64,000 nucleotides of DNA, from contig NC_058368.1 in assembly GCF_018350175.1 (NCBI RefSeq), positions 95,358,001 through 95,422,000 on the forward strand. The letters are read 5' to 3'. A program made the translations under genes and the position numbers. Under the pieces are notes generated by a model, which worked only from the letters and a program-made list of their open reading frames with translations, was not told where the DNA came from and ran no database searches. Below are positions 1-11,372 of the stretch, piece after piece (within the stretch, counting starts at the first letter, position 1; each line of letters starts with the position of its first letter). The stretch is from Felis catus (taxonomy: Eukaryota).

Positions 1-221
1 GAAACTCAGCACGTGTGCTGACCATGGACCGACTTCACTCCCTTTTCAGAGACCAAGAAAGAGAAGAATTTCCTTTGAAAGATGCGTAAATTCTTTCCAA
101 GGAAGACCTAGTCCCTTATGAGGATCTCTTCCAATGCCTACTTTTGGGTATTACAGGTATTTTCCAAAAAATTCCTTGCCTTGTCTTGTCTTGCCTCGCC
201 TCGCCTCGCCTCACCTGTCCT

Positions 222-302
222 GTAGGCTCCATGCGCAACGTGGGCCTGGAACTCACGATCAAGAGTCCTTTGCTCTACTGACTGAGCCAGCCAGGTGCAC
301 CC
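222..302 (-). mobile_element. Short old tRNA-derived CAN-SINE
   Basis: Reverse complement of SINE head (...ctgactgagccagccaggtgcaccc) with gatcaagagt core. Confidence 0.7.
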
Positions 303-469
303 TCCAAATTTTCGTTTTTGTTAAGCTTGTTTAGGCATGTTTTTCTTTGTGGAAGCCACGTGATTAGCTTCTGGAAGCAGGCACTCACCAAATACTGATT
401 TCCCTTTCATTTAGTCTAAGTTTCTTCAAATCATAATCAGTGCTTAAGAGGCATTAGTAATGTTATGGC

Positions 470-580
470 CCCTTGTTATATAGATATGGAAAACTGAGGC
501 ACAGAAACTTGTTTGAATGGTACATCCAATAGTATACGAAGGCTAGGAGAGTCAAACTTAAGTGTTTCACCTCCAAGGTG
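470..580 (-). mobile_element. MIR fragment
   Basis: MIR core-like ggaaaactgaggcacaga. Confidence 0.5.
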
Positions 581-1327
581 CATGACAGAAACAACAGGCA
601 TGTGTGTTTTTGTGTGTGTGCTCACACGCATGCATGCATGTGTGTTGGGGGGAGGGTAGGGGTTTATATATTTTATACTACCTGAAATTTTGTTGACATG
701 ACCTGCCCAGGTACGTTTCAAGCTTTTGAACAGAGATGGAATGCCTCATTTGGGATTATTGCCTCTTTTGTTATTCTTGGTGAGACTGGTCAGCGGTTGG
801 TGGAACCTATTATCTACTGTGAAAATACTCAATGGAAATACATTTGGGATTTTGTGAATATAAATGGGATTGATTAGGAGCTTTAGAATTTCTGATGAAT
901 TGATAAAGGTAAGCCCCATTTACATTAAGTGATTTCATCAATGAGAACCAGAATCACTGAGAAGTCTCTCTTCCATTTTGAAGTTTCCAAACATCGGAGG
1001 CAAATTCTGTAAGAGAGAAGCCTGTTTACCACGAAACGCAAGACCAGAAACAAATGGGGGAATTCATTCCTTAGGCTTCGAGATGTTCAGCTTTCTTGAA
1101 TTGAAAGAACTAGGCCTGAAAACATTCATGGCTTTATGGAACTTTTCCTTTTCTTAACATTTGTTTGATTACTTTGTATAGTAAGATTGAGAAACACTAG
1201 AGTCACCCTAATGATACGGTGTGTATGTCTGTCCTACTAAGCCTGGAAGCTTGTGCTGTAGATTTGAAAAATCTACCTTCTCCGTTCTTCAGAAATTTAT
1301 AACCTAGAAGTTTACTTAAAAATGTTT

Positions 1328-1358
1328 CTTTTTTTTAAAGTTTTTATTTATTTATTTT

Positions 1359-1406
<48 letters not shown>

Positions 1407-1585
1407 GCCTGTGAAAGCATGAGTGGGAGTGGGGCAGAGAGAGAAAAGGAGAGAGAAAATCCCAAGTAGGCTCCTCGCTATCAGGGCAGATCCTGATGGG
1501 GGGCTTGAGCTCACAAACTGTGAGATCATGACCTGAGCTAAAACCAAGAATTGGACACTTAACCCACGGAGCCACCCAAGCACCC
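1328..1585 (-). mobile_element. CAN-SINE (SINEC_Fc family)
   Basis: polyT, (GA)n, body, gccacccaagcaccc head. Confidence 0.93.
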
Positions 1586-1621
1586 ATGTAATGATGTTTC
1601 TGCTTCATATTTTTTATGTTT

Positions 1622-1785
1622 GGTGGTCCTCAACCTTAGATATACAGGAGAATGATCTGGGAGCTTTAAAAACCCCAGTGCCTCTGGCTGTGCCCCAGGT
1701 GAATGAAATCATAATCTCTGGGGGTGATATCCAAGCAGTGGTAGCTTTTAATGCTCTCCCTGTGAATCTAATGGGCACCCAGTCA
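1622..1785. mobile_element. MER5-like hAT MITE
   Basis: gtggtcctcaacctt...gaatgatctgggagctttaaaa...aatctctggggg...tctaat resembles MER5A1/MER5B. Confidence 0.6.
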
Positions 1786-1909
1786 GTATTTTTTGAATGG
1801 GTTGCAGGTATGTCCAGATACTGGTCTTGTTAACTCTTGGAGCAGTAGCACAAGGCCTGGAGTAGAGGGAAGCCACTGCCCATCACCTCTGACCACAAGC
1901 AGCCCGCAC

Positions 1910-2388
1910 TAGAAGAGGACCTGGATGTTGCCTTAACTACCTCCATTTTGACCTCAATGGGTGCTTTCTAATGAATTAAGTCCTTCTTTCCAAGTTGTCA
2001 CTTAACCCAGGCAAGAGACCCGGTGGACAAAATGTCTTATAAGGGGAACTGAAACTACCCCTCAAGCAACAGGGACTGCCGTGACACCGGCAACACCCTG
2101 CGTGATTGACCCCAAGACAGTAACTGACCTGACCTTCACTGCCCTCCTGCGCTTCCCCACTGACCTTTGCCCTATATTTATTTTCCTTATTAAAATGTTG
2201 AGGGGTTTTCTGCACTTCAGAGCTACTTCTTGGTCTTCCCAGGGTTGGCCTCGCTGAAATAAATTCCTTTCTGGTTTCACCCACCACTTGTCTGTCTGCC
2301 CCTGGATTTACTAGCGGTGAGTGGCCCAACCTGGTCCGTTTGGGACCCCCGGAGCTCAGGCGCGCTTGTACCCATAGCCTCTGGAGCA
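1910..2388 (+). mobile_element. ERV1-type solo LTR (carnivore LTR family)
   Basis: AATAAA at about 2257; homologous over its length to the reverse complement of 3964-4451; near-TSD gcac/ccac. Confidence 0.75.
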
Positions 2389-2571
2389 CCACCAGGAAGC
2401 TGTTAGAATAGTCTTTTCTATGCCCTGTGATGTGAAGAAGGTGGGGGGAGCACAGAAGGGTCTCATTTACACCTTAGAGCAACACAGGAAGATAACCATT
2501 TGGTTTTCAAATTTTATAGATCAAGTCTTTAAATCTTTGGGAATTAAACACTGTATTAAAATCACAGGGTA

Positions 2572-2697
2572 GGGGCACCTGGGTGACTCAGTCGGTTGAA
2601 CGTCTGACTCTTGATTTCGGCTTAGGGCATGGTCTCATGGTTTGTGAATTCAAGTCCCACGTTGGGCTCTGTGCTGACAGGGTGGAGGCTGCTTGGG

Positions 2698-2738
<41 letters not shown>

Positions 2739-2812
2739 GCATGCTCTCAGTCTCTCTCTCTCAAAATAAAGAAATAAACTTATAAAAAATTTAAAAAAAA
2801 TAAATTAAAAAA
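2572..2812 (+). mobile_element. CAN-SINE
   Basis: ggggcacctgggtgactcagtcggttgaa head, (CT)n, A tail, TSD aaaat..agggta. Confidence 0.93.
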
Positions 2813-3719
2813 TAGGGTAATTCACAGAGCTGATATTTGGATCATACTTTTTCTTCATTGCAGCCTCTTAAGCATGAGGTAATGTGGAATGTGGAAGGGC
2901 CTATGGAGTGTTGCATACAAAACACAGAGGGACCCTAGAGAAACAGACATTGATTCTGGTCTAGTGTGATCAGAGAAGACTTCCTGGAACGTTTTTCATT
3001 TGTGCTGGACCTTCAAGAATGTGTGGATTTCTAGAGGTAAAAATACGATGTTATCCTAGGTTTATATAATAAGTAGTGATCTACTTGGCTATAAAATAAA
3101 ACATTAGGAGCTTATCTCTCCTGGATCCATAGTAGAACCATTTGGGAAGCTTTCAAAATATATTGATGCCAGAGCCCCACCCTAAACCACTAATTAAATC
3201 AGAGGTTTGGGATAGGACTCGCTGGGATAGTGTAGAAGAAAGCAGCAGAAAATAAAGCTGGTTTGGGGTTAGATTGCAGGGAATATGGAATGTGAAGCTT
3301 ATTTGATTTATTACTTGGGTAATGGCAGGCCAGGGAAGGCTTTTAAACAGGACAGGGATAAAGCAATCAACTTATAAACTCTGTCCAACTCCTGGCTATC
3401 TTCTGTTTTGTTACATATTTAGAAAATATCAAGAATTCTCAGCGGAAGTAGTTTTAAATCCAGGAGCCTATCAGGATTCCCTGGGAAGGCTTTTCAATTA
3501 CACTTTCTTTCTCTGGTTCTGGGATTACGCCAGAGTCTTGAAGAAGCCTGGATAGTTTCACGAGCTGGATTCAAAGACAGCCCCCCCTCCTCTGGCCTAC
3601 CCTAATTTTAATACATCTGAGTAAGGGACACAGAACGTGAAGTTAGGGAACAGTCTACAAGACCACCCCCACTTTTGACACCAGTTTCAAATTTAGGGGT
3701 TCCCAAAGACCACCCTCCA

Positions 3720-3919
3720 TTTTTTTAAGTTTATTTATTTATTTTGAGAGACAGAGAGAGATTACAGGAGGGGCAGAGAGACAGGGAGAGAATCCCAAGC
3801 AGTCTCTGCAACATCAGGGCAGAGCCCGATGTGGGGCTTGAACCCATGAACCATAAGATCATGACCTGAGCCGAAACCAAGAGTTGGACACTCAACCACC
3901 TAAGCCACCTAGGCGTCCC
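3720..3919 (-). mobile_element. CAN-SINE
   Basis: Full body; TSD ccctccatttt. Confidence 0.92.
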
Positions 3920-3963
3920 AACCCCCCTCCATTTTGATAATTCACTAGAAAGGACTCAGAGAA

Positions 3964-4451
3964 TGGAACAGGGGTGCAGAGGCCCAAGGGCACCTGAGCT
4001 CCAGGGGTCCCAGTTGGGCCAGTTTGGGCCACTTGCCACTAGTAAATCCAAAGGCAGAGAGACAGGGGTGGTGAAACAAGAAATTGATCTCACTGAGGCC
4101 GACGCTGAGAAGACAGAGGACTAATGTCCCAAGAACTAGCTCTAAAGTGCAAAAAAGACCTCTAGGTTTATGTAAGGAAAATGTGAGACAAAGGTTGACA
4201 GATCTGTGCAGCTAGGCCATAAAGGTTGGGTCAGTCATTGTCTTGGGGATCGGTTATGTTGGGTGTTGCTGGTGTCATGGTAGTCCTGATTGCTTGAGGG
4301 GTTACTTTGGGTTCCCATCATGGGGACTTTTTGCCTGTTGAGTCTTTGGTTGGAGTTAAGACATAAACTGGAAGGAAGGATTTAATCCATTGGAAAGTAC
4401 ACATGGAGGTCAAAATGGAGGTAATTAAGGGAACAACTGGGTCCTCTTTCA
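3964..4451 (-). mobile_element. ERV1-type solo LTR, same family as 1910-2388
   Basis: TG...CA termini, 4-bp TSD AGAA (3960-3963 and 4452-4455). Confidence 0.8.
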
Positions 4452-4492
4452 AGAACTCACTAAAGTCTGTGATACTTACAGTTCTATTTTTA

Positions 4493-4559
4493 AAAAAAAA
4501 TTTTAATTAAAAAAATTTTGAGAGAGTGAGAGAGCACAGTAGGGAGAAGGGTGGGGGGG

Positions 4560-4597
<38 letters not shown>

Positions 4598-4856
4598 CCC
4601 ACCAAGGAGGCTCCATGCTCAGTGCAGAGCCCAATGTGGGGCTCGATCCCATGACCGTGGGATTACGACCTGAGCCTAAATCAAGAGTTGGACACTCAGG
4701 GGCATCTGGGTGGCTCATTTGGTTAAGTGTCCGACTTCGGCTCAGGTCACGATCTCGTGGTTTGTGGGTTCTAGTCCATGTCGGTCTCTGTGCTGACAGC
4801 TCAGATCCTGGAGTCTGCTTAGAGTTCTGTGTCTCCCTCTCTCTCTGCCCCTCTCT

Positions 4857-4897
<41 letters not shown>

Positions 4898-4951
4898 AAA
4901 CAAACAAACAAAAAGAGTTGGACACTCAACCAACTGAGCCACCAGGGGCCC
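4493..4951 (-). mobile_element. CAN-SINE split by a nested SINE
   Basis: Body 4493-4698 resumes at 4913-4951. Confidence 0.9.
4699..4912 (+). mobile_element. Nested CAN-SINE
   Basis: 16-bp TSD aagagttggacactca (4683-4698 and 4913-4928). Confidence 0.93.
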
Positions 4952-4953
4952 TC

Positions 4954-5157
4954 TTTTTATTTTTTAAATGTTTATATATTTATTTTGAGAGAGAGAGAGG
5001 GGGGCAAAGGGAGAGGGAGAGAGAGAGAGAATGCCAAGCAGGACCCATGCTGTCAGTGCAGAGTCTGACAAGAGGCTCAATCTCACAAACCTTGAGATCA
5101 TGACTTGAGGGGAAATCAAGAGCCCAACGCCTAACCGACTGAGCTCCCCAGGAGCCC
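4954..5157 (-). mobile_element. CAN-SINE
   Basis: polyT, (GA)n, body and head. Confidence 0.9.
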
Positions 5158-5827
5158 TCACGGTTCTGTTTTATTCTAGTGAAAGATCACAGTCAGCTGT
5201 GTGGAGAGATGCATGAAGTCAAGTCTGGGAGAATTCCAAACGTGGAAATTCCAGCCGTCTTCTCCCAGTGGGACTCTGAGGGGAGCCTCCCTCCTGTGGC
5301 CTCCAGAGGGTGGGACAAAGACCTAATTGATTTTCTGTCTCTCTCTGTCTTCCTGCTGCCCATCCCTGATAGCACATTCTCCAGAAGTGTAGAGCAGGGG
5401 AAGTAAAGCTGCAGTTTTCTGATTAACGGATCCAGAAGGGGATTTTCAGCGAACCAAAGAAAAGTGAACAAATGTCAGAGAGGGAGGAGTTGGCCCAAGT
5501 AGCTCCAGGAATTTGTTTGTGAACTCCTGGGATCGCATCCGAGCTACTCATGTGAATATCTGACCTTAAACAGTAAGTTTTGACAACTGAATGACAGAAC
5601 AGAACACTGCTTAGATTTCAGGTTGGTCACTGGGTAGCAGACATCTAGATCCAAATAGCATCACAGAGGCTTTGAAATGGTGCTGGCAGTGGAATCACAA
5701 CCTGTGGCAGGCTGATTAAAACTTGAGAATTGAGTCCAGCCGTGTTGTTTGCCTCCTAAAACAAAGCTTCAACATTTTCCATAGGATTTAAGTAAGAGCT
5801 GCAGTCTTACCATATTCAAGATTACTT

Positions 5828-6033
5828 GGAGTACGTGGGTGGCTCAGTCGGTTAAGCGCCCAACTCTTGATTTCGGCTCAGGTCATGCTCTCGCAGGTTA
5901 CGGGTTCAAGCCCCACGTTGGCCTCTGTGCTGACAGAGTGGAGCCTGCTTGGGATTTTCTCTCTTTCCCTCTCTCTCTGCCCTTCTTCCCTTCGTGCTCT
6001 CTCTCTCTCTAATAAATAAACTTAAAAACAAAA
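5828..6033 (+). mobile_element. CAN-SINE
   Basis: TSD aagat(t/g)acttgg. Confidence 0.92.
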
Positions 6034-6392
6034 AGATGACTTGGCACAGAAATAGCCAGGAAAATTACAGCTCACGTGGGAGAAGACAGTATAGTTGCCG
6101 AGGCCTCGATGGTACTGATGGTGGAATTGCCAGGGATCGACTTTGAAGCGGCTGTTATAAAACGCTCCAGTACGTAAGGGTGAATACTCTCAAAAAGAAC
6201 GAACGGGTAGCGCGAGTAGAAGATACAATTAAGAACCAAATGAAAAATTTTAAACTGAAAAATAACGAGAACCGGAGTCAAAAGCTTACATGTTGGCAAA
6301 ATAGCAGAAGGGAGATGGCAGGGAAATCAGCGGACTGGAAGATGGAGAAAATTGCCCATTTGGAACAACAGAGAGAAATGCTCTCTGTTAGA

Positions 6393-6610
6393 TTTTTTTT
6401 TTTTTTTTTTGATGTCCATTTATTTTTGAGAGAGAGACACAGAGCATGAGTGGGGGAGGGGCAGAGAGAGAGGGAGACACAGAATCCGAGGCAGGCTCCA
6501 GGCCCTGAGCTGTCAGCACAGAGCCTGACCCGGGGCTCGAACCTACAAACTGTGAGATCATGACCTGAGCCAAAGCCCGACGCTTAAAGGACTGAGCCAC
6601 CCAGGTGCCC
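6393..6610 (-). mobile_element. CAN-SINE (SINEC_Fc)
   Basis: Full body; TSD gagaaatgct. Confidence 0.94.
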
Positions 6611-6724
6611 TGAGAAATGCTATTAAGAAAAGAAAAAAAGAACAGAGTCTCAGAGAACTGTGGAAGGAAGAATCCTACAGTCCGATTTAATCTAAACCAC
6701 ACGTTTTATTAAACATTTGACAGA

Positions 6725-6940
6725 GGGGCGCCTGGGTGGTGCAGTCGGTTAAGCGTCCGACTTCGGCCAGGTCACGATCTCGCGGTCCGTGAGTTCGAGC
6801 CCCGAGTCAGGCTCTGGGCTGATGGCTCAGAGCCTGGAGCCTGTTTCCGATTCTGTGTCTCCCTCTCTCTCTGCCCCTCCCCCGTAAATGCTCTGTCTCT
6901 CTCTGTCCCAAAAATAAATAAACGTTGAAAAAAAAAATTA
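6725..6940 (+). mobile_element. Young SINEC_Fc
   Basis: CpG-rich, near-consensus; TSD aaa(c/a)atttgacaga (6711-6724 and 6940-6953). Confidence 0.96.
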
Positions 6941-6954
6941 AAAATTTGACAGAA

Positions 6955-7980
6955 AAAGGATAGAACATCTAAATGCAAAATATAAAACCATGTAGTATTT
7001 TGAAGAAAACATTAGCAGTCTTTAGGAATTGGGGTTAGAGAGTTCTTAGGCACGATACCGGAAGCAGATCCCTAAAATAAAAAAAAATACTGATAAATTG
7101 AAGTTGATCAAACTTAAAAATGTTCTTGATAAATAAACAGTGTTAAGAGTATGAAAAGACAGGCTACAGACTGAGAGGAAGTATTTGCACATCACATACC
7201 CGACGAACAGCTTGTACAGAGTATATAAAGAACACTCCAAGCTCAACAGTAAGAAAACAAACAACCCAGCTTAAAAGTGGGTCTGAGAGTTGAACAGACA
7301 CTTCACTGAAGAGGAAATACGGGTGGTAAGTAAGCACATGAAAAGATATGCAACATCATTCACCACTGGGGAAACGCAAATTCAAATCAATGCACACCGG
7401 CTACGGTGACCAAACTCAAGAAAAATACTGATAGCAAGTGCTGGTGAGGATGTGAAGTAACTAGAATACAAAAGGGTCCAGCTGCTGTTTTAGCAGTTCC
7501 TCGTGACATTGAACATATACTTATCATGTGACCCAGAAAGCCTTTCCCTAGCTAATTTCTCAGGTGGACTGTAAGCTTATGTTCACGCAAGAACCTATAT
7601 GTGAGTATTTATAGAAGCTCTCTTTGTAATCACGAATAACTGGAAACAACCCAAATGTCCTTCAGTGGGTGAACGGATAGAGACACCGTGGTGCCTTCAC
7701 ATGATGGGACAGCAAATACCTCAGCAGGAAACAGGAAGAGACGGTCGATGCACACAACGCCCTGTATGAATTTCAAAGGCATCTTGCTTGGTGAAAAAAG
7801 TGAGTCTCAAAAGGTTACCCACTATATGATTCCATTTTTATGACAGTCTTGAAAAGACAGCCCTACAGTGACAGAGGACAGGACAGTGGTATGTGTATAT
7901 TGCGTGGAGAGAGTTTAGTGTATAAAAGGATAGAAGGGACAGGTGTTGGGGGTGATGGGATTCTTCTGTGTCCTGGGCTT
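6955..7980 (+). mobile_element. Old L1 (L1MC/MD-like) ORF2 end and 3'UTR
   Basis: gaacagacacttcactgaagagg, tgctggtgaggatgtg, ctggaaacaacccaaatgtccttcagtgggtgaacggata, tatatgattccatt. Confidence 0.85.
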
Positions 7981-8170
7981 TTTCCATGCTTTCACCAGAT
8001 GGGGTAGGTCAGCCTCAATGATGATTCCATAGTCAGAGCTTGTGTTAGAAGTAGGGCATAGATTTTCCTTTCTTGGCTTCCAAAAATTAGATAAATGGAG
8101 AAAAACCCACAGCCTTCTGGAAAAAACGACCTTTGTCTGTTAGGGTGATACTGTCCGTGATGTCTTAGGA

Positions 8171-8504
8171 TAGGGGTTGTCGACCTATAGCCCTCAGGCC
8201 ACATCCTGCATTGCACCTGTCTTTGTAACAGCCTGAGAACTGTGTGGCTTTTACACATTTCAATGGCGGATAAATATCAAAACAAAAACATTTCATAGCA
8301 TGCGAGAAGTCTATGACATTCAAATTTCAGTGCCCGTAAATAAAGTTTTATTGGCACACAGCCATGTTCACTCATTTACATATTGTTTATGGCTGCTTTT
8401 GAGCTATTACTGCAGAGTTAAGTATTTGCAACTGAGACCGTATGGCACACAAGCCTGAACTATTTACTATGTGGCCCTTTACGGAAAAAGTTTGCTGACA
8501 GTTG
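8171..8504 (+). mobile_element. MER58B hAT-Charlie MITE
   Basis: aaatttcagtgcccgtaaataaagttttattggcacacagcc...tatttactatgtggccctttacggaaaaagtttgctgac; about 335 bp. Confidence 0.85.
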
Positions 8505-9290
8505 TTTTAGAATATTCCTTAGATAATGTGCTTATTTTTTATTTCAAAGCAGAACCCTAAGTAGATCAAGATTTATTTGTACTTTGGTTCCATGAATACA
8601 TTTTGACAGCTTTTTTTTGAAAATTAATTTTTCTGGACGAGGTTTACCTTAAAAAACTCTCATCATATTTCAGCTATTGTTCCCTGCTCCCCTTTTTTTC
8701 TCCTTCAAGATTTGAGATCTGATATTTGATCAAGGAAAGAAAGTTAAAAGGTGCCCCCTTGCCGACACCAAAAGATGGGGAAACCATTGTCATTTTTATT
8801 ATCTGTGTGCTGCTTATGGAATCTTGTGTTAGGGGTTAATTATAGCACCTCATTCTTGGGTGATGGCTTGTGAAACCAGCAGTTATCAGAGATAAACACT
8901 GAAGAGTCTGATTTACTTGTTCATGAGCATACCATAAAATCTTCAGTTAAATCACATTTTATGACTATGGCCTCCAAGTTTTTAAATATAGCCTTTTGAT
9001 CACTTCATAGTTGTTAAGGCTGACTTTCTTTTTCCTGTTTGGCAGTGAGTAATTTATAACGTCTGTTAAGTGAACAATATTTACCAAGTGCTATCAAACA
9101 AGATAAAGATATATTTCACTGTGTCTTTATAGCCGTGTAGATAGCTCGAGAAAATATATGCCCTACTTATGATTTCACTACATGACATTAGAATCCTATG
9201 AAGTGTAAATCTGAAACAATTTTACTCTCTTACCTCTATTTATTCCTTGCTTACTGTGTTTCTAAGGCCATTTTGGATGTCTTCTTTGAA

Positions 9291-9506
9291 TTTTTTTTTT
9301 TTAACGTTTTATTTATTTTTGAGACAGAAAGAGACAGAGCATGAACAGGGGAGGGGCAGAGAGAGAGGGAGACACAGAAACAGAAGCAGGCTCCAGGCTC
9401 TGAGCCATCAGCCCAGAGCCTGACACGGGGCTCGAACTCACGGACCGCGAGATCGTGACCTGAGCTGAAGCCAGCCGCTTAACCGACTGAGCCACCCAGG
9501 CACCCC
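9291..9506 (-). mobile_element. SINEC_Fc
   Basis: TSD ttggatgtcttcttt. Confidence 0.95.
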
Positions 9507-11129
9507 ATTGGATGTCTTCTTTGAAGAGAAAAATAAAATTATGCCTCAAAATATGGTTTTCCTTAAAAGCAGCCCAAATAACTATATTCCATGTGTTGGG
9601 GGTTTTATGCTCCAGTCACATGGAATATATTGAATCATGCCGTGACTTCTGTCCACAGTGTCTAAGACCATGTAACATGGTAACTTGGACCATAACTTGT
9701 GTAATCATGGTGGTTTCCTAATTAAATGTAATAATGGCTCCGGAATGTATGGCAAAAATAGTAAAATATCAATGATAATGGATGGTTTCCCCAACATGTG
9801 CATGATATCAGTCGATTGTAATAGCACAATTTGAAATATCCTGCAGAAGAGGAAGAGGAGGCCCAAATGGGCAAACCACTTCCCCCAAGGACACCGTTTC
9901 TGAGGTGTAGACGGAGGACTAGAACACGGATATTCTAATTCGTAGGTCAGAGATTGCTCAGCTATACTGTGCTTGCTACTTTATTCCTTACTGAATAAAA
10001 GATCGCTTTGTCCTATACGTGGTAACGTTCTTTCTAAACTAAGGGATGACTTGTATATATGGAGTCAGGAGCGCAATTGTTTGGGCTAAGAGTTACTATT
10101 CCCTTCGCCCCTCTCCTACGAGGTCTCTAGGTCTCCGCTGTATAATGGAGTTGATTTATATATAATTTGCTGTCTGAATTTGGTAGAAAAATTATTAAAG
10201 AAAAGTGTTCTATGGAGACTGGGAACATGTAACCCCCATTGTGGACTCAGAACAAATTGCTTTGGGGGTTTTTGTTGATGCCGTGTGGTTACGACTGTTT
10301 CTATATTGATCTTTTCAGTACCACTAAACCTCATACGGTATGAACACCACTGAGTTTTGCTGAACACGGGAGGCGGGTTATGCTTTTACAAGTGACTCAT
10401 GTAATTAACCGCATAGAATCTATTGAGGTGGCAAATGTAATTTCTCACCTAACGCTTGGCAAATATTAGATAAACGGGGCAGCATCTGTGACCTCAGATC
10501 TAGATTACATTAGCAGTTGTTTTAAACATACCAACTCAGCTGTGGGTGCATAAAACCAACCACGCTTTCCCTCTGCTCTTTCTGGGAGGCCAAATTTCTG
10601 ATCCTGGGTGTGTTCCTTGATGCCTATTGCTGTGGATGCCTATGGATAAGGTATGTGTGTTGGGGAGAAGCCTTGTACTCAACCGTCCTCAAAATGGTGG
10701 TCTTCCATTTCTCTTGCTGTTGACTTGTGTATTTGCCCTTTTGCTCATTCTTCTGTGACCCACCTTTCTTTGCTTTATGGGACCCTGAAGACTCCAGTGG
10801 ACACACTGCCTTATTATCTACCTTATCATCTGCGTATTGCAATGAGCCCTTATTACTGGTTTTGCAAAGGGAAAGATCATTGACTTTGCTTCCTTGAAAC
10901 TCACCCCCTCTCTGTCTCACCATGTTCGATAGGTCAGTTTCCACTTTGACCTCCACATTTTTCTTTTTTTTTAAATAAAAATCGTGTATTTAAGGTGTAT
11001 AACATGATATATGTAGTGAAAGGCTTATTCTTGTCAAGCTAATGAATATATCTCCTTGCACATCAGGTTTTTTTTTGGTATTGAGATCTACTCACTTAGC
11101 ATATTTCCAGTGTTTGCTACAGTTTTATT

Positions 11130-11372
11130 ATTTATTTATTAAAAAAATTAAAAATCAATTTTTTAAAATATTGATTTATTTTTGAGAGAGAAAGAAACAG
11201 AACATGTGCAGGGGACGGGCAGAGAGAGAGGGTGACACAGAATCTGAAACAGACTCCGGGTTCTAAGCCATTGGTACAGACCCTAATGCGGGTCTCGAAC
11301 TCCTGAACCTCGAGACCATGACCTGAGCGACTGAAGTCAGTCGCTTAACCGGCTGAGCCACCCACATGCCCC
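11130..11372 (-). mobile_element. CAN-SINE
   Basis: TSD agttttatta. Confidence 0.9.

Larger units (their letters stand above)
3615..5275 (-). mobile_element. MER21-like LTR interrupted by SINEs and another LTR
   Basis: caagaccacccc...ttgataattcactagaaaggactca|gaactcact...gaattccaaacgtgga match the recalled MER21 family; pieces rejoin across the insertions. Confidence 0.6.
5400..6700 (+). mobile_element. Old L1M 5'/ORF1 region fragment (interrupted by SINEs)
   Basis: A-rich ORF1-like tract (aagaaccaaatgaaaaattttaaactgaaaaataac). Confidence 0.5.

Noticed and set aside
49..84. Micro-exon candidate (cttttcag|...|gtaaat)
   Set aside because: Weak donor and no recognisable peptide.
1976..2392. 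138-aa minus-strand ORF
   Set aside because: It lies entirely within a solo LTR; a chance ORF.
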